Part shown: positions 8,332 to 16,625 of the stretch, piece by piece
Layout of the letters: each line of letters starts with the position of its first letter
How positions within the stretch are numbered: the stretch's first letter is position 1
Source of the DNA: an uncultured Clostridia bacterium
GTDB taxonomy: Bacteria; Bacillota; Clostridia; Christensenellales; Aristaeellaceae
Length of the DNA: 64,000 nt
Reading direction: 5' to 3'
Assembly: GCA_934663595.1 (NCBI GenBank)
Contig: CAKUKM010000001.1
Location: 22,187-86,186 of the forward strand
Translations under genes and position numbers: made by a program
The notes under the pieces: model-generated
The model's database searches: none
What the model saw: only the letters and a program-made list of their open reading frames with translations
What the model was told of the DNA's origin: nothing

Positions 8332-9564
8332 TTGGCGGCAAAGAGAGGCCTTGCGCTGGCGGTTGCGCTCCTGTTTGCGCTGAATGCCGGCGCTTATGCG
8401 TTTGAAACGCGCGGCGAGCTGCGAGATGCGTTTTCCGCAATCGAGCTTCCGGGCGCGGAATCGCCGTATGCCGAGGAACCCGGCGTCCGCGCGCCCTATT
8501 CGCCCGGCGCGCTTTCCGGCGAGGCGAAGCAGACGGCGCTGGCGTATGCGAATTTCCTGCGCGCCGTGGCGGGATTGAATCCGATTCAGGAAAGCGCGCT
8601 CTACGATCTGCGCAGCCAGCACGGCGCGGTTCTGCTCGCGGCGAACGATTTTATCGACCATGATCCGCCGCGGCCGGACGACATGCCGGAGGATTTTTAC
8701 GAATCGGCGCACGCGGGAACGTCGGAGAGCAATCTGGTGAAATTCAACTGGATGCGGCCGACGATTCTGATCGAGGGCATTCAGTATTTCGCGCGCGACG
8801 ACGGCGAGGCGAATCTCGCGGTGCTGGGCCATCGGCGGTGGCTTTTGAATCCGGAAATGGGGGAGACGGGCTTCGGGCTCGCGAATTCGGAATCGGGAAT
8901 GACGTATGTCGCGATGTACGCGCTGGATCAAACGGCGGAATGCGACTGGGCGGAGGTGCTCTGGCCGGCGGCGGGCGCGTTTCCGGTGGAGCTGATGCAC
9001 AGCCAGCTCGCGTGGTCGATTTCGCTGAATCCGGAAAAATACGATATCGCGCGCTCGAACCCGGTGGTGACGCTGCGCGAGGAAAATTCGGGCCTTGCGT
9101 TTACCTTCGATTGCCGCAGCGGAACCGGCGACGGCTTCTGCCGCGTGAGCGAAGAGGCGTTCGGCGCGGGAGCGTGCATCATCTTCCGGCCGGATTTTTC
9201 CAATACGGATTTTACCGATTACCGCCAGAATCAGCGCTGGACGGTGCGCGTAACGGGTCTGCAGGGCGTGCAGGAGGCGCTTGAATACGCGGTGGACATG
9301 ACGTCGCTGTACGTTCAGGACGTCGCGAACGTGGAAATGAGCGCCAATCGCGCCGAGCTGCGCGCGGGGGAAACGTTTGCGCTGCAGGCGCGCGTCGTTC
9401 CGGACTATGCGGACGATCTCGCGCTTTCGTGGTCGAGCGGCGATGAATCGGTCGCGCGGGTGGACGCGGAGGGCAATGTGACGGCGATTGCGCCGGGCAA
9501 ATGCGAAATTCGGGCGGAAAGCGCCAACGGTCGCGCGGATTTTTGCGAAATCATCGTGTCCTGA
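8332..9564 (+). CDS. secreted CAP/SCP-domain protein with C-terminal Big_2 Ig-like domain
   Basis: 410 aa with TTG start 8 nt after GGGAGG and a signal peptide (ALLFALNAGAYA). CAP-like LGHRRWLLNPEMGETGFG. C-terminal ...SWSSGDESVARVDAEGNVTAIAPGKCEIRA. Confidence 0.7.
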   Translation: MAAKRGLALAVALLFALNAGAYAFETRGELRDAFSAIELPGAESPYAEEPGVRAPYSPGALSGEAKQTALAYANFLRAVAGLNPIQESALYDLRSQHGAVLLAANDFIDHDPPRPDDMPEDFYESAHAGTSESNLVKFNWMRPTILIEGIQYFARDDGEANLAVLGHRRWLLNPEMGETGFGLANSESGMTYVAMYALDQTAECDWAEVLWPAAGAFPVELMHSQLAWSISLNPEKYDIARSNPVVTLREENSGLAFTFDCRSGTGDGFCRVSEEAFGAGACIIFRPDFSNTDFTDYRQNQRWTVRVTGLQGVQEALEYAVDMTSLYVQDVANVEMSANRAELRAGETFALQARVVPDYADDLALSWSSGDESVARVDAEGNVTAIAPGKCEIRAESANGRADFCEIIVS

Positions 9565-9616
9565 TGGAACAAAACGCCATTGTTTCACGCCTAAAAGTCA
9601 AATGGAGGGATGCGGA

Positions 9617-11017
9617 GTGAAACGAATTATCGCGGCGCTGGCGGCGCTTCTGCTTTTATCAACGGCCAGTGCGGAGAGCTATCCGGCGAACATATGGGAG
9701 GACGACGGCACGTCCTTTGCGCTGCTTTTGGGCGCGGACGGCGAAAAATATACGTCGGAGGCCGAATACGCCATCATTTACCCGATCACGGACGACGGCG
9801 CGGCGGAAGCGCTGTTCTGCGCGGTGGCGATGGACTCGGACGGCGATTTTGAATCCTGCACGCTGCTGAACGAGCGCGGCGAGGCGCTGGGCGGGCGGCG
9901 GTTCCAGTCGCTGGAATTCCGCCGGGGTGCGGTGCTGGCGACCGAGGAAACGGGCTATATGACCGCGCTCGACGCGGCGGGAAACGATTTGCTCGCGGGC
10001 GAATACGGCTGGATCGAGCCGAACGGCGAGGGCGGCTATCTCGCGCTGAAGGTGGACGAGGCCTATGATCCGGACGGCGCGCAGCTCTATCCGGTCGTGG
10101 CGATCGACGCGCAGGGCGAGGAGACGGAGACCGGCGTTTTCAGCGACGTCTGGTCGCACGGCTGGTATTCCGAGGGCCTCTGCCGCGTTCAGAATTCTCA
10201 GAATTCCATTTCCTATTATCTCGACGCGGCGGGAAAAGAGGCATTTCGCATTACCGAGAAATATGCCGACGATTTTCAGGGCGGGCATTTGATCTGCGTG
10301 GATTCGAACAGCCGGTATCGTCTGCTCAATCCGGACGGCTCGGACGCGCTGGGAAAGGCGTACGCTTCAATCAGCTATAATTCTTCGCTCGGCGACGAGG
10401 CCAAATTCATACTGGCCGACGATCGCGGCGCAATCGACGTGCGCAATCCGATTACGCTGGAGAGCGAGCTCGCGATCGCGCCGTGTGGAACGGCGGCCTG
10501 GTCGGCCGCGCAGTCGGCGGGCGGCCTGCTGATGGTGTGGTACGACGATCGCAGCCGCATTTACGATCTGACCGGCAAATTGCTGTTTGAGAACATGAAT
10601 TATTCGACCATCGAGGTCACGATCGCCTATTCGCTGGAGAACGACGGCAGCGTGAAGCGCTTCGTGCGCGCCAGCGGCACATGGCCGAATCAGACGCAGA
10701 CGCTTTTGGACGAGACGGGCCGAAGCCTAGGGGAAGCGCATCGCTATCTGGACGGCCTGAGATGCGAAAACGGCGCGGCGCGCTTTCTGATTACCGAATA
10801 TGAAACGGAAACCTCGGGCGGCGCGGCGGCCATCGCCGAAAACACGACGAAATACGGCGTGTGCGACGAATCGGGCGAGGTGGTGCTGCCCGCGGAATAC
10901 GATTGGATTGAGATGCTCGCATGGGACCGCTATTGGGTCTGCCAGGACGGGCAATGGGGCATGATCGATGAATCCGGCCGCTGGCTGGCGACGGCGGAGT
11001 TGCCCAAAACAGAATAA
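9617..11017 (+). CDS. secreted WG-repeat (KWG-type) protein
   Basis: GTG start 7 nt after GGAGGG (the track ORF begins further upstream at 9488). Signal peptide KRIIAALAALLLLSTASA. Repeated YGxxDxxGxxxxPxEYDWI / WGMIDESGRW motifs. Confidence 0.7.
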   Translation: MKRIIAALAALLLLSTASAESYPANIWEDDGTSFALLLGADGEKYTSEAEYAIIYPITDDGAAEALFCAVAMDSDGDFESCTLLNERGEALGGRRFQSLEFRRGAVLATEETGYMTALDAAGNDLLAGEYGWIEPNGEGGYLALKVDEAYDPDGAQLYPVVAIDAQGEETETGVFSDVWSHGWYSEGLCRVQNSQNSISYYLDAAGKEAFRITEKYADDFQGGHLICVDSNSRYRLLNPDGSDALGKAYASISYNSSLGDEAKFILADDRGAIDVRNPITLESELAIAPCGTAAWSAAQSAGGLLMVWYDDRSRIYDLTGKLLFENMNYSTIEVTIAYSLENDGSVKRFVRASGTWPNQTQTLLDETGRSLGEAHRYLDGLRCENGAARFLITEYETETSGGAAAIAENTTKYGVCDESGEVVLPAEYDWIEMLAWDRYWVCQDGQWGMIDESGRWLATAELPKTE

Positions 11018-11024
11018 GCGCAAA

Positions 11025-11370
11025 CCAAACGCCCGGCAGAGCTCCTGCCGGGCGCGATCGTTTATTCAGTTGTGCAAGAAAGTCGAGATACTGTCGTGCT
11101 GGTTCCGTCTGCATCCCCCGGCGTTTCACCCTTATGGTCTTTGTTTAAAGATGAAAATGCCGTTTCGAAAACGAATCTATCTCAATTCGGGCAAACGCTC
11201 AACGCGTGGGAGATGCAGACGATGGTCTGGCTTGCGGGTTCCGAATGGTACAATGGAATCGCCTCCCCTCATGGTATTCGACCGAACCGCCCGAACGCGC
11301 GCGGCCTCTGATCCTGCGTGCGAATGAAACGTTGCTTTGCCGCTTCCCTCGGGCGTCTTTTCCTTGATCT
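11025..11370 (-). ncRNA. candidate orphan structured sRNA, unclassified (about 345 nt)
   Basis: It lies between a perfect promoter (11377-11405) and the hairpin at 11031-11053. There is no plausible ORF or RBS. GC is lower than in the flanking genes. There is a 13-bp long-range pairing with one mismatch (11106-11119 with 11208-11221), plus local hairpins. Confidence 0.4.
11031..11053. terminator. bidirectional hairpin terminator
   Basis: GCCCGGCAG-agctc-CTGCCGGGC, 14 nt after the WG-repeat gene stop. U-rich on the minus side (GUUUGGUUUG). Confidence 0.6.
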
Positions 11371-11376
11371 GGTTTG

Positions 11377-11405
11377 ATTATAGCACGGAATGTTAAAACT
11401 GTCAA
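11377..11405 (-). promoter_or_regulatory. perfect consensus promoter with no downstream gene
   Basis: Minus strand: TTGACA (11405-11400), 17 nt, TATAAT (11382-11377). The -35 is bracketed by the inverted repeat GTTAAAAC/GTTTTAAC (11392-11399 and 11410-11417). Confidence 0.6.
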
Positions 11406-11425
11406 CCCTGTTTTAACAAAAATTT

Positions 11426-12457
11426 TCATCCGAGATACGCGCGCAGCAGCTTGAACGTATTCTCCACGCCGTCGCGATGGCTGCGCTCGTAGCCGTGAGA
11501 GGCGTATACGCCCGAGCCGATCAGGCCGTGGCGCAGGTCGTTGCCGGCGGAAAGCGTGGCCTCGACGTCCGAGCCGTAATGCGGGTAAACGTCCACCGCG
11601 TAATCGAGATTTTCGCGCTTCGCGGCGGCAATCAGGCCCTTGACGACCGAATAGCTGTACGGGCCGCCGCTGTCCTTGGCGCAGATGGAAACCTGCCGCT
11701 CGGTGCATTCCAGTCCGTCGCCCACGCAGCCCATATCCACCGAAATCGCCTCGGTCACGCCCGCGGGAACGCTCGCCGCGCCGCCGTGGCCGACCTCTTC
11801 ATACACGGTGATGTGGCCCCAGACGCGGCGCTCCGGAACGACGCCTTCGTCCTTTAAGTATTTCGCATAGCCGAGCAGAATGCCGACGGACAGCTTGTCG
11901 TCCAGAAAGCGGCTCTTGATATAGCCCTTTTCGGTGATTCGCGTGCGCGGCTCGAAGCAGACGAAGTCGCCCGGGCGAATGCCGAGCTTCATCGTCTCGT
12001 CGCGCGAGGCGGTGATTTCGTCGAGCACGACCTCCATCTTGTCCCATGCGCGCGTTGTGGACGAATAATCACCGTTTACGTGAATGGACGCGTCGCACAG
12101 CTGCAGCGTGCCCTCGTATTTGCCGTCGAATTTGGTGATCACGCGCACGTTTTCGGTTTCGGCGTTGTTCGGATTCATGCCGCCGATGTTGGTCAGCCGC
12201 AGCCGGCCGTTGCCCTTGACCTCCGCGACCATGCCGCCCAGCGTGTCCAGATGCGTCTCCAGCAGCACGCCGTTCTGCGCGTCCCGGCCGCCGAGATCGA
12301 CCAGCACGCCGCCCTTGTTCGTCTTCATCGGCGCGTAGCCCAGCGCGCGCAGCTCGGTCAATACGAAATCCACGCAATCGTCGGTATAGCCGGTCGGGCT
12401 GTCGATCGAGAGCAGCTTTACGGTTTCATCCATTATAAATCTGGTGTAATCAAACAT
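11426..12457 (-). CDS. M42 family metallo-aminopeptidase (FrvX/YpdE-like)
   Basis: Start MFDYTRFIMDE after a GGGAGGA RBS. The ATG overlaps the mtlD-like stop (ATGTTTGA). M42-like sequence throughout. Confidence 0.75.
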   Translation of the reverse strand: MFDYTRFIMDETVKLLSIDSPTGYTDDCVDFVLTELRALGYAPMKTNKGGVLVDLGGRDAQNGVLLETHLDTLGGMVAEVKGNGRLRLTNIGGMNPNNAETENVRVITKFDGKYEGTLQLCDASIHVNGDYSSTTRAWDKMEVVLDEITASRDETMKLGIRPGDFVCFEPRTRITEKGYIKSRFLDDKLSVGILLGYAKYLKDEGVVPERRVWGHITVYEEVGHGGAASVPAGVTEAISVDMGCVGDGLECTERQVSICAKDSGGPYSYSVVKGLIAAAKRENLDYAVDVYPHYGSDVEATLSAGNDLRHGLIGSGVYASHGYERSHRDGVENTFKLLRAYLG

Positions 12458-13616
12458 GGTTTTCCTCCCTGTAAGCATCGCGAATCAGCGGATAGAGCTT
12501 CTCCTCCGGATTCAGCGACATGTAATGACTCAATACATAATCAATTCCCTGTTCGCGCAGCGCCTTCTGGATTTCCGCGGCGCTCGCATCGTCCGCGCGG
12601 TCAAACCGCAGCGCGGCCAGAATGGTGCGCACGATCGGCGCGGGATCGACGTTTTCCTCCATTGCAAACAGCGCCGCGCCCACCAGACGGTCGTTTCGGC
12701 GCAGCTTGCGCACGGGATCCGCGCCCACGCGGGCCACGGTGTCCTTCAGCGCGCGATTGCGGAAGCGCTCGAGCAGATCGAGCACGTTGCCCTCGACATT
12801 TTCGCGCACGCCCTCGCCGAAGCGATGAATCAGCGCCTGCGCGCTCACCATCATGCTCGCCTTCGCGGCGGCGTAGATCTCGGGATCCTCGATCGCCTGC
12901 CAGATCATCTCATAGCTCTTCAGATTGCCCAGGTACGCGCACGTCGCATGGCCGCCGTTGTGCAGAAACAGCTTTCTTTTGATGTAAAACTCAAACGGCG
13001 AATACGGAACCAGCCCGGCAAGCTGCGGAATTTCGCCCTTGAACGCGTCTTTGTCCACCGGCAGCTCGCAATACGGCTCCACGCAGATCAGCAGCCGGTC
13101 CTTTGCGCGCATTTCCGGCGTGAGCGGCGGCACCATGCGCCCGATCGACGGCTCGACCAGACCGAGATTCTCGTCCGCCCAGCGCTTCTGCTCGTCGGTA
13201 AAGCATGCATACAGCCATTCGCGCATCAGCTTGTCCACTTCCAGCTGGTTTTCGCAGAGAATGATGTTCAGCGGCTTTCCGCCGCGCTCCATGCGCGCGA
13301 CAATGCCCTTTGCAATTGCCGGAGCGACGCGCGGCAGAATATTTACGCCCACGGCCGTGGCCATGATATCGCAGGTCGCGATTTCGTCGATCGCCTGATC
13401 GGTCGTGGAATTGACCGCGCGGACGGGCGCGACGCGCGTGTCCTGCTCGCCCTCGTTGGAAACGATGCGCACCGTGTATTCGCCGCGGCGATTCATTTCG
13501 TCGATCACGTCCTGCATGATGTCCAGAAACACGACCTCATAGCCCGAATCCGAGAAGACCTTGCCGATAAATCCGCGCCCGATGTTGCCCGCGCCGTACA
13601 TAACCGCCTTTTTCAT
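12450..13616 (-). CDS. mtlD: mannitol-1-phosphate 5-dehydrogenase family protein
   Basis: 388 aa. YGAGNIGRGFIGK, APAIAKG, ERKLFxxNxGHA-type motifs are colinear with MtlD. Confidence 0.85.
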   Translation of the reverse strand: MKKAVMYGAGNIGRGFIGKVFSDSGYEVVFLDIMQDVIDEMNRRGEYTVRIVSNEGEQDTRVAPVRAVNSTTDQAIDEIATCDIMATAVGVNILPRVAPAIAKGIVARMERGGKPLNIILCENQLEVDKLMREWLYACFTDEQKRWADENLGLVEPSIGRMVPPLTPEMRAKDRLLICVEPYCELPVDKDAFKGEIPQLAGLVPYSPFEFYIKRKLFLHNGGHATCAYLGNLKSYEMIWQAIEDPEIYAAAKASMMVSAQALIHRFGEGVRENVEGNVLDLLERFRNRALKDTVARVGADPVRKLRRNDRLVGAALFAMEENVDPAPIVRTILAALRFDRADDASAAEIQKALREQGIDYVLSHYMSLNPEEKLYPLIRDAYREENHV

Positions 13617-13691
13617 GAGAAATCCTTCCTTTTTTCGGTAAAATCACTTGACATGATTATACCACAAGACGCGCCGTTTGACCAGTGCGGC

Positions 13692-13723
13692 AAACAAAAA
13701 TCCGCGCATCTTTCAGCGCGGAT
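13692..13723 (-). terminator. intrinsic terminator after the DegV gene
   Basis: Minus strand: AUCCGCGC-loop-GCGCGGAU followed by UUUUUGUUUG. Confidence 0.7.
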
Positions 13724-13732
13724 GGGGCGGGA

Positions 13733-14605
13733 TTACCGCTCGGAGCCTACGAAGAACAGCGATACGACGCCCGGGCCGGTGTGCGCGCCGATCACGGGGC
13801 CGACGTAATTGATGCGGATATCCGTAATTCCAAACTTTTCGCGCACGAGCGAGGCGACGTATTCCGCGTCCTCCCGGCAATCGCCGTGGCAGATGTACAC
13901 GCGCTGCTTCTCCGGCTCAGTCGCGAGCTTCTCCATCTTGGCCACCAGCGCGCGCAGCGAGGCCTTGCGGCCGCGCGCAACGTCCACCTTGATCAGATGG
14001 CCTTCGTTGTCCATGTGCATGACCGGCTTGATGCTCAGCACCGAGCCGACGATCGCGGTCGCGGCGCTCACACGTCCGCCGCGCTTTAAGAACATCAGAT
14101 CGTTCACGGTAAACCAGTGGCAAATGTGCAGCTTCAGCGATTCGGCATAATCGCGCAGCTCGTCGATCGACATGCCCGCCTGTTTCTTCTCGTGGCACAG
14201 ATCCACAAACAGGCCCTCGCCCAGCGACGCGCACAGCGAATCCACCGCGTACAGCTTGCGCTCCGGATACTTTTCGCTCAGCTCGCGCATCGCGATCGCG
14301 CCGGAATTGTAGGTGCCGCTCAGGCCCGAGGAGAACGCGAGGTACAGCACGTCCACGCCCGCCTGGCACAGCGGCTCGAGCACCTCCATGAACTGCTCGC
14401 TCGTGACCGCGGAGGTTTTGGCCGATTTCGCGGTTACGACGCGCTCAAAGAACTCGTGAAAGCCGATTTCGCGCCCATCGAGATAGTTGCGATAGAGCTT
14501 GCCGTCCATATCCACCGTCAGCGGGAGAACCGTCAGCTGCATCTGATCGGCCAGCTCGGCCGGCAGATCGCAGGAAGAATCCGTCAAAAGAACGTAGTCC
14601 GCCAT
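13733..14605 (-). CDS. DegV family fatty-acid-binding protein
   Basis: 290 aa. LLTDSSCDLP...FSSGLSGTYNS...GPGVVSLFF pattern. Confidence 0.9.
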   Translation of the reverse strand: MADYVLLTDSSCDLPAELADQMQLTVLPLTVDMDGKLYRNYLDGREIGFHEFFERVVTAKSAKTSAVTSEQFMEVLEPLCQAGVDVLYLAFSSGLSGTYNSGAIAMRELSEKYPERKLYAVDSLCASLGEGLFVDLCHEKKQAGMSIDELRDYAESLKLHICHWFTVNDLMFLKRGGRVSAATAIVGSVLSIKPVMHMDNEGHLIKVDVARGRKASLRALVAKMEKLATEPEKQRVYICHGDCREDAEYVASLVREKFGITDIRINYVGPVIGAHTGPGVVSLFFVGSER

Positions 14606-14644
14606 CTAAAAGCACCTCCGAAAAAGGGTATTTACATAATCGGA

Positions 14645-14673
14645 ATTATAGCATATCCTGAATTCGTTGTCAA
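14645..14673 (-). promoter_or_regulatory. consensus promoter for the DegV gene
   Basis: Minus strand: TTGACA, 17 nt, TATAAT. Confidence 0.7.
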
Positions 14674-14715
14674 TATTTGCCGGGCACGGCGCGACGAAAG
14701 CTGGTATTAAAAACC

Positions 14716-14749
14716 ATAAACAAATCCCCGTCCGGATGGGCGGACGGGG
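14716..14749 (-). terminator. intrinsic terminator after the marR-ABC-ABC operon
   Basis: Minus strand: CCCCGUCCG-loop-CGGACGGGG followed by AUUUGUUUAU. Confidence 0.65.
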
Positions 14750-14759
14750 GAGAGGCGGA

Positions 14760-16625
14760 TCAGGAAAGCTCCTTCTTGCCGGTATACAATTCGTAATAGC
14801 GGCCCTTCAGCGCAAGCAGATCGTCGTGATCGCCGCGCTCGATGATCTCGCCGTTTTCGAGAACCATAATCGCGTTGGCGTTGCGAACGGTGGACAGGCG
14901 ATGGGCGATGACGAACGTGGTGCGGTTCTCCATCAGGTGATCCATGCCCTTTTCAATCAGCCGCTCGGTGCGGGTATCGACGGAGCTGGTCGCCTCGTCG
15001 AGCACCAGTATCGGCGCCTTGCTGAGCGCCGCGCGCGCGATATTGAGCAACTGCCGCTGACCCTGCGACAGGTTTGCGCCGTCGCCTTCGATTACGGTGT
15101 TGTAGCCGTCGGACAGGCGCTGAATGAAGCCGTCGGCGCTGGCCATCTTCGCCGCCTCGATCACCTCTTCGTCCGTCGCGTCCAGGCGGCCGTAGCGGAT
15201 GTTTTCCATGATCGTGCCGCTGAAGAGATGCGTGTCCTGCAGCACCATCGCGATGTTCTTCCTCAGGTAATCGCGCTTGAAATGGTGAATGTCGATGCCG
15301 TCGATCGTGATTGAGCCGGAATCGATATCATAGAAGCGATTCAGCAGGTTCGTGATCGTGGTTTTGCCCGCGCCGGTCGAGCCGACGAACGCGATTTTCT
15401 GGCCGGGCTTGGCATAGAGCGAGATGTGCTTGAGGATCGTCTTTCCCGGATTGTAGCCGAAGGTCACGTCGTCCAGAATCACATGGCCCTCGAGCTTCTC
15501 CGGTGCAACCGCGTCGGGCGCGTCGGGCGTTTCGGGATCGAGATCCATGATGCGGAACACGCGCTCCGCGCCGGCGAGAGCGGACAGGATCGTGCTCATC
15601 TGCTGCGAAATTTCGCTCACGGGGCGCGAGAACTGGCGCGAGTAATTCACAAATACGGCCAGGCCGCCGATATCGAACAGCCCCAGCGCGCACAGCACGC
15701 CGCCCACGCCCGCGGTCAGCGAATAGCTGATCTGGCTGGTATTGCCCATGACCGGGCCCATGATGCCGCCCAGGAACTGCGCCTTCTGCTGCTTGCCGCG
15801 CAGATCGTCGTTCAGGCGGCTGAATTCCTCAATGCAGGTTTCCTCGTGGCAGAAGACCTTTACGACCTTCTGGCCGGAGACGTTTTCCTCGATATAGCCG
15901 TTGACCGCGCCGAGCGCCGCCTGCTGGCCGAGATAGTATTTGCGGCTGTGCTTCATCAGCTTTCCGCCGCCGAGCGCGAATACCGGCAGGAACGCGACCG
16001 TAATCAGCGTAAGCCAGATGTTCGTAAAGATCATCATGGCGAGCGTGCCGACCAGCGTGAACGCGCCGGAGATCATCGAGGTGATCGACGAATCCAGCAT
16101 CGTTCCGATGTTGTCGACGTCGTTGGTGAAGCGCGACATGATTTCGCCGTTGGATTCATTGTCGAAAAAGCGAATCGGCAGCGTCTGCAGCTTCGTGAAC
16201 AGATCCTCGCGAATGCGCGCGATTGCGTTCTGGGAAACGCCGATCATCAGGCGGTTCTGCAGATACGTGCCGCCCACGCCCGCGAGGTAAACGCCGCCCA
16301 TAACGCCGATCATCGCCGCGAGGTAGGCAATGCGCTCGGAAGCAGGAATGCCGGCTTCCGCAATGCGGTTGATGATCGGGCGCAGCAGATACGAGCCCGC
16401 GACCGACGCGGCGGTGCTCACCAGCATGCAGGCGAACACGGCGATCAGCCGCTTTTTGAACATGCCGATATAGGTCAGAATCCGGCGAATGGTCGCGCCA
16501 GCGTTCTTGGGCTTGCCGGTGGCCATGCCGCGCGGCCCGCGCGGGCCCGGGCCGGCTTTTTTCTGCGGATCGGAGCGATGGCCGCCGTAGCGCGCGGTCA
16601 GGTTTTCAAGCGATCTTGCGGGCAT
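14760..16625 (-). CDS. ABC exporter, fused permease-ATPase (heterodimer half)
   Basis: 621 aa. N-terminal TM domain, GSTGAGKTT, LSQGQRQ, ILVLDEATS. Its ATG overlaps the upstream stop (TAATG). Confidence 0.9.
   Translation of the reverse strand: MPARSLENLTARYGGHRSDPQKKAGPGPRGPRGMATGKPKNAGATIRRILTYIGMFKKRLIAVFACMLVSTAASVAGSYLLRPIINRIAEAGIPASERIAYLAAMIGVMGGVYLAGVGGTYLQNRLMIGVSQNAIARIREDLFTKLQTLPIRFFDNESNGEIMSRFTNDVDNIGTMLDSSITSMISGAFTLVGTLAMMIFTNIWLTLITVAFLPVFALGGGKLMKHSRKYYLGQQAALGAVNGYIEENVSGQKVVKVFCHEETCIEEFSRLNDDLRGKQQKAQFLGGIMGPVMGNTSQISYSLTAGVGGVLCALGLFDIGGLAVFVNYSRQFSRPVSEISQQMSTILSALAGAERVFRIMDLDPETPDAPDAVAPEKLEGHVILDDVTFGYNPGKTILKHISLYAKPGQKIAFVGSTGAGKTTITNLLNRFYDIDSGSITIDGIDIHHFKRDYLRKNIAMVLQDTHLFSGTIMENIRYGRLDATDEEVIEAAKMASADGFIQRLSDGYNTVIEGDGANLSQGQRQLLNIARAALSKAPILVLDEATSSVDTRTERLIEKGMDHLMENRTTFVIAHRLSTVRNANAIMVLENGEIIERGDHDDLLALKGRYYELYTGKKELS

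Noticed and set aside
10791-11327. Short ORFs in the convergent gap (10791-11129 minus, 10968-11327 plus, 11072-11311 plus, 11199-11708 minus).
   Set aside because: They have no RBS, run through the terminator hairpin or into neighbouring genes antisense, and have non-protein-like composition.
11025-11370. Identity of the orphan transcript as tmRNA, RNase P RNA, SRP RNA, a T-box or a riboswitch.
   Set aside because: No GGGG...UUCGAC 5' end or CCA-proximal T-arm is present (tmRNA). No GAGGAAAGUCC or ACAGAA..CGGCUUA is present (RNase P). No GGAAGCAGCC-type SRP core is present, and there is no T-box sequence. No downstream gene exists for a cis-regulator. It is left unclassified rather than named.
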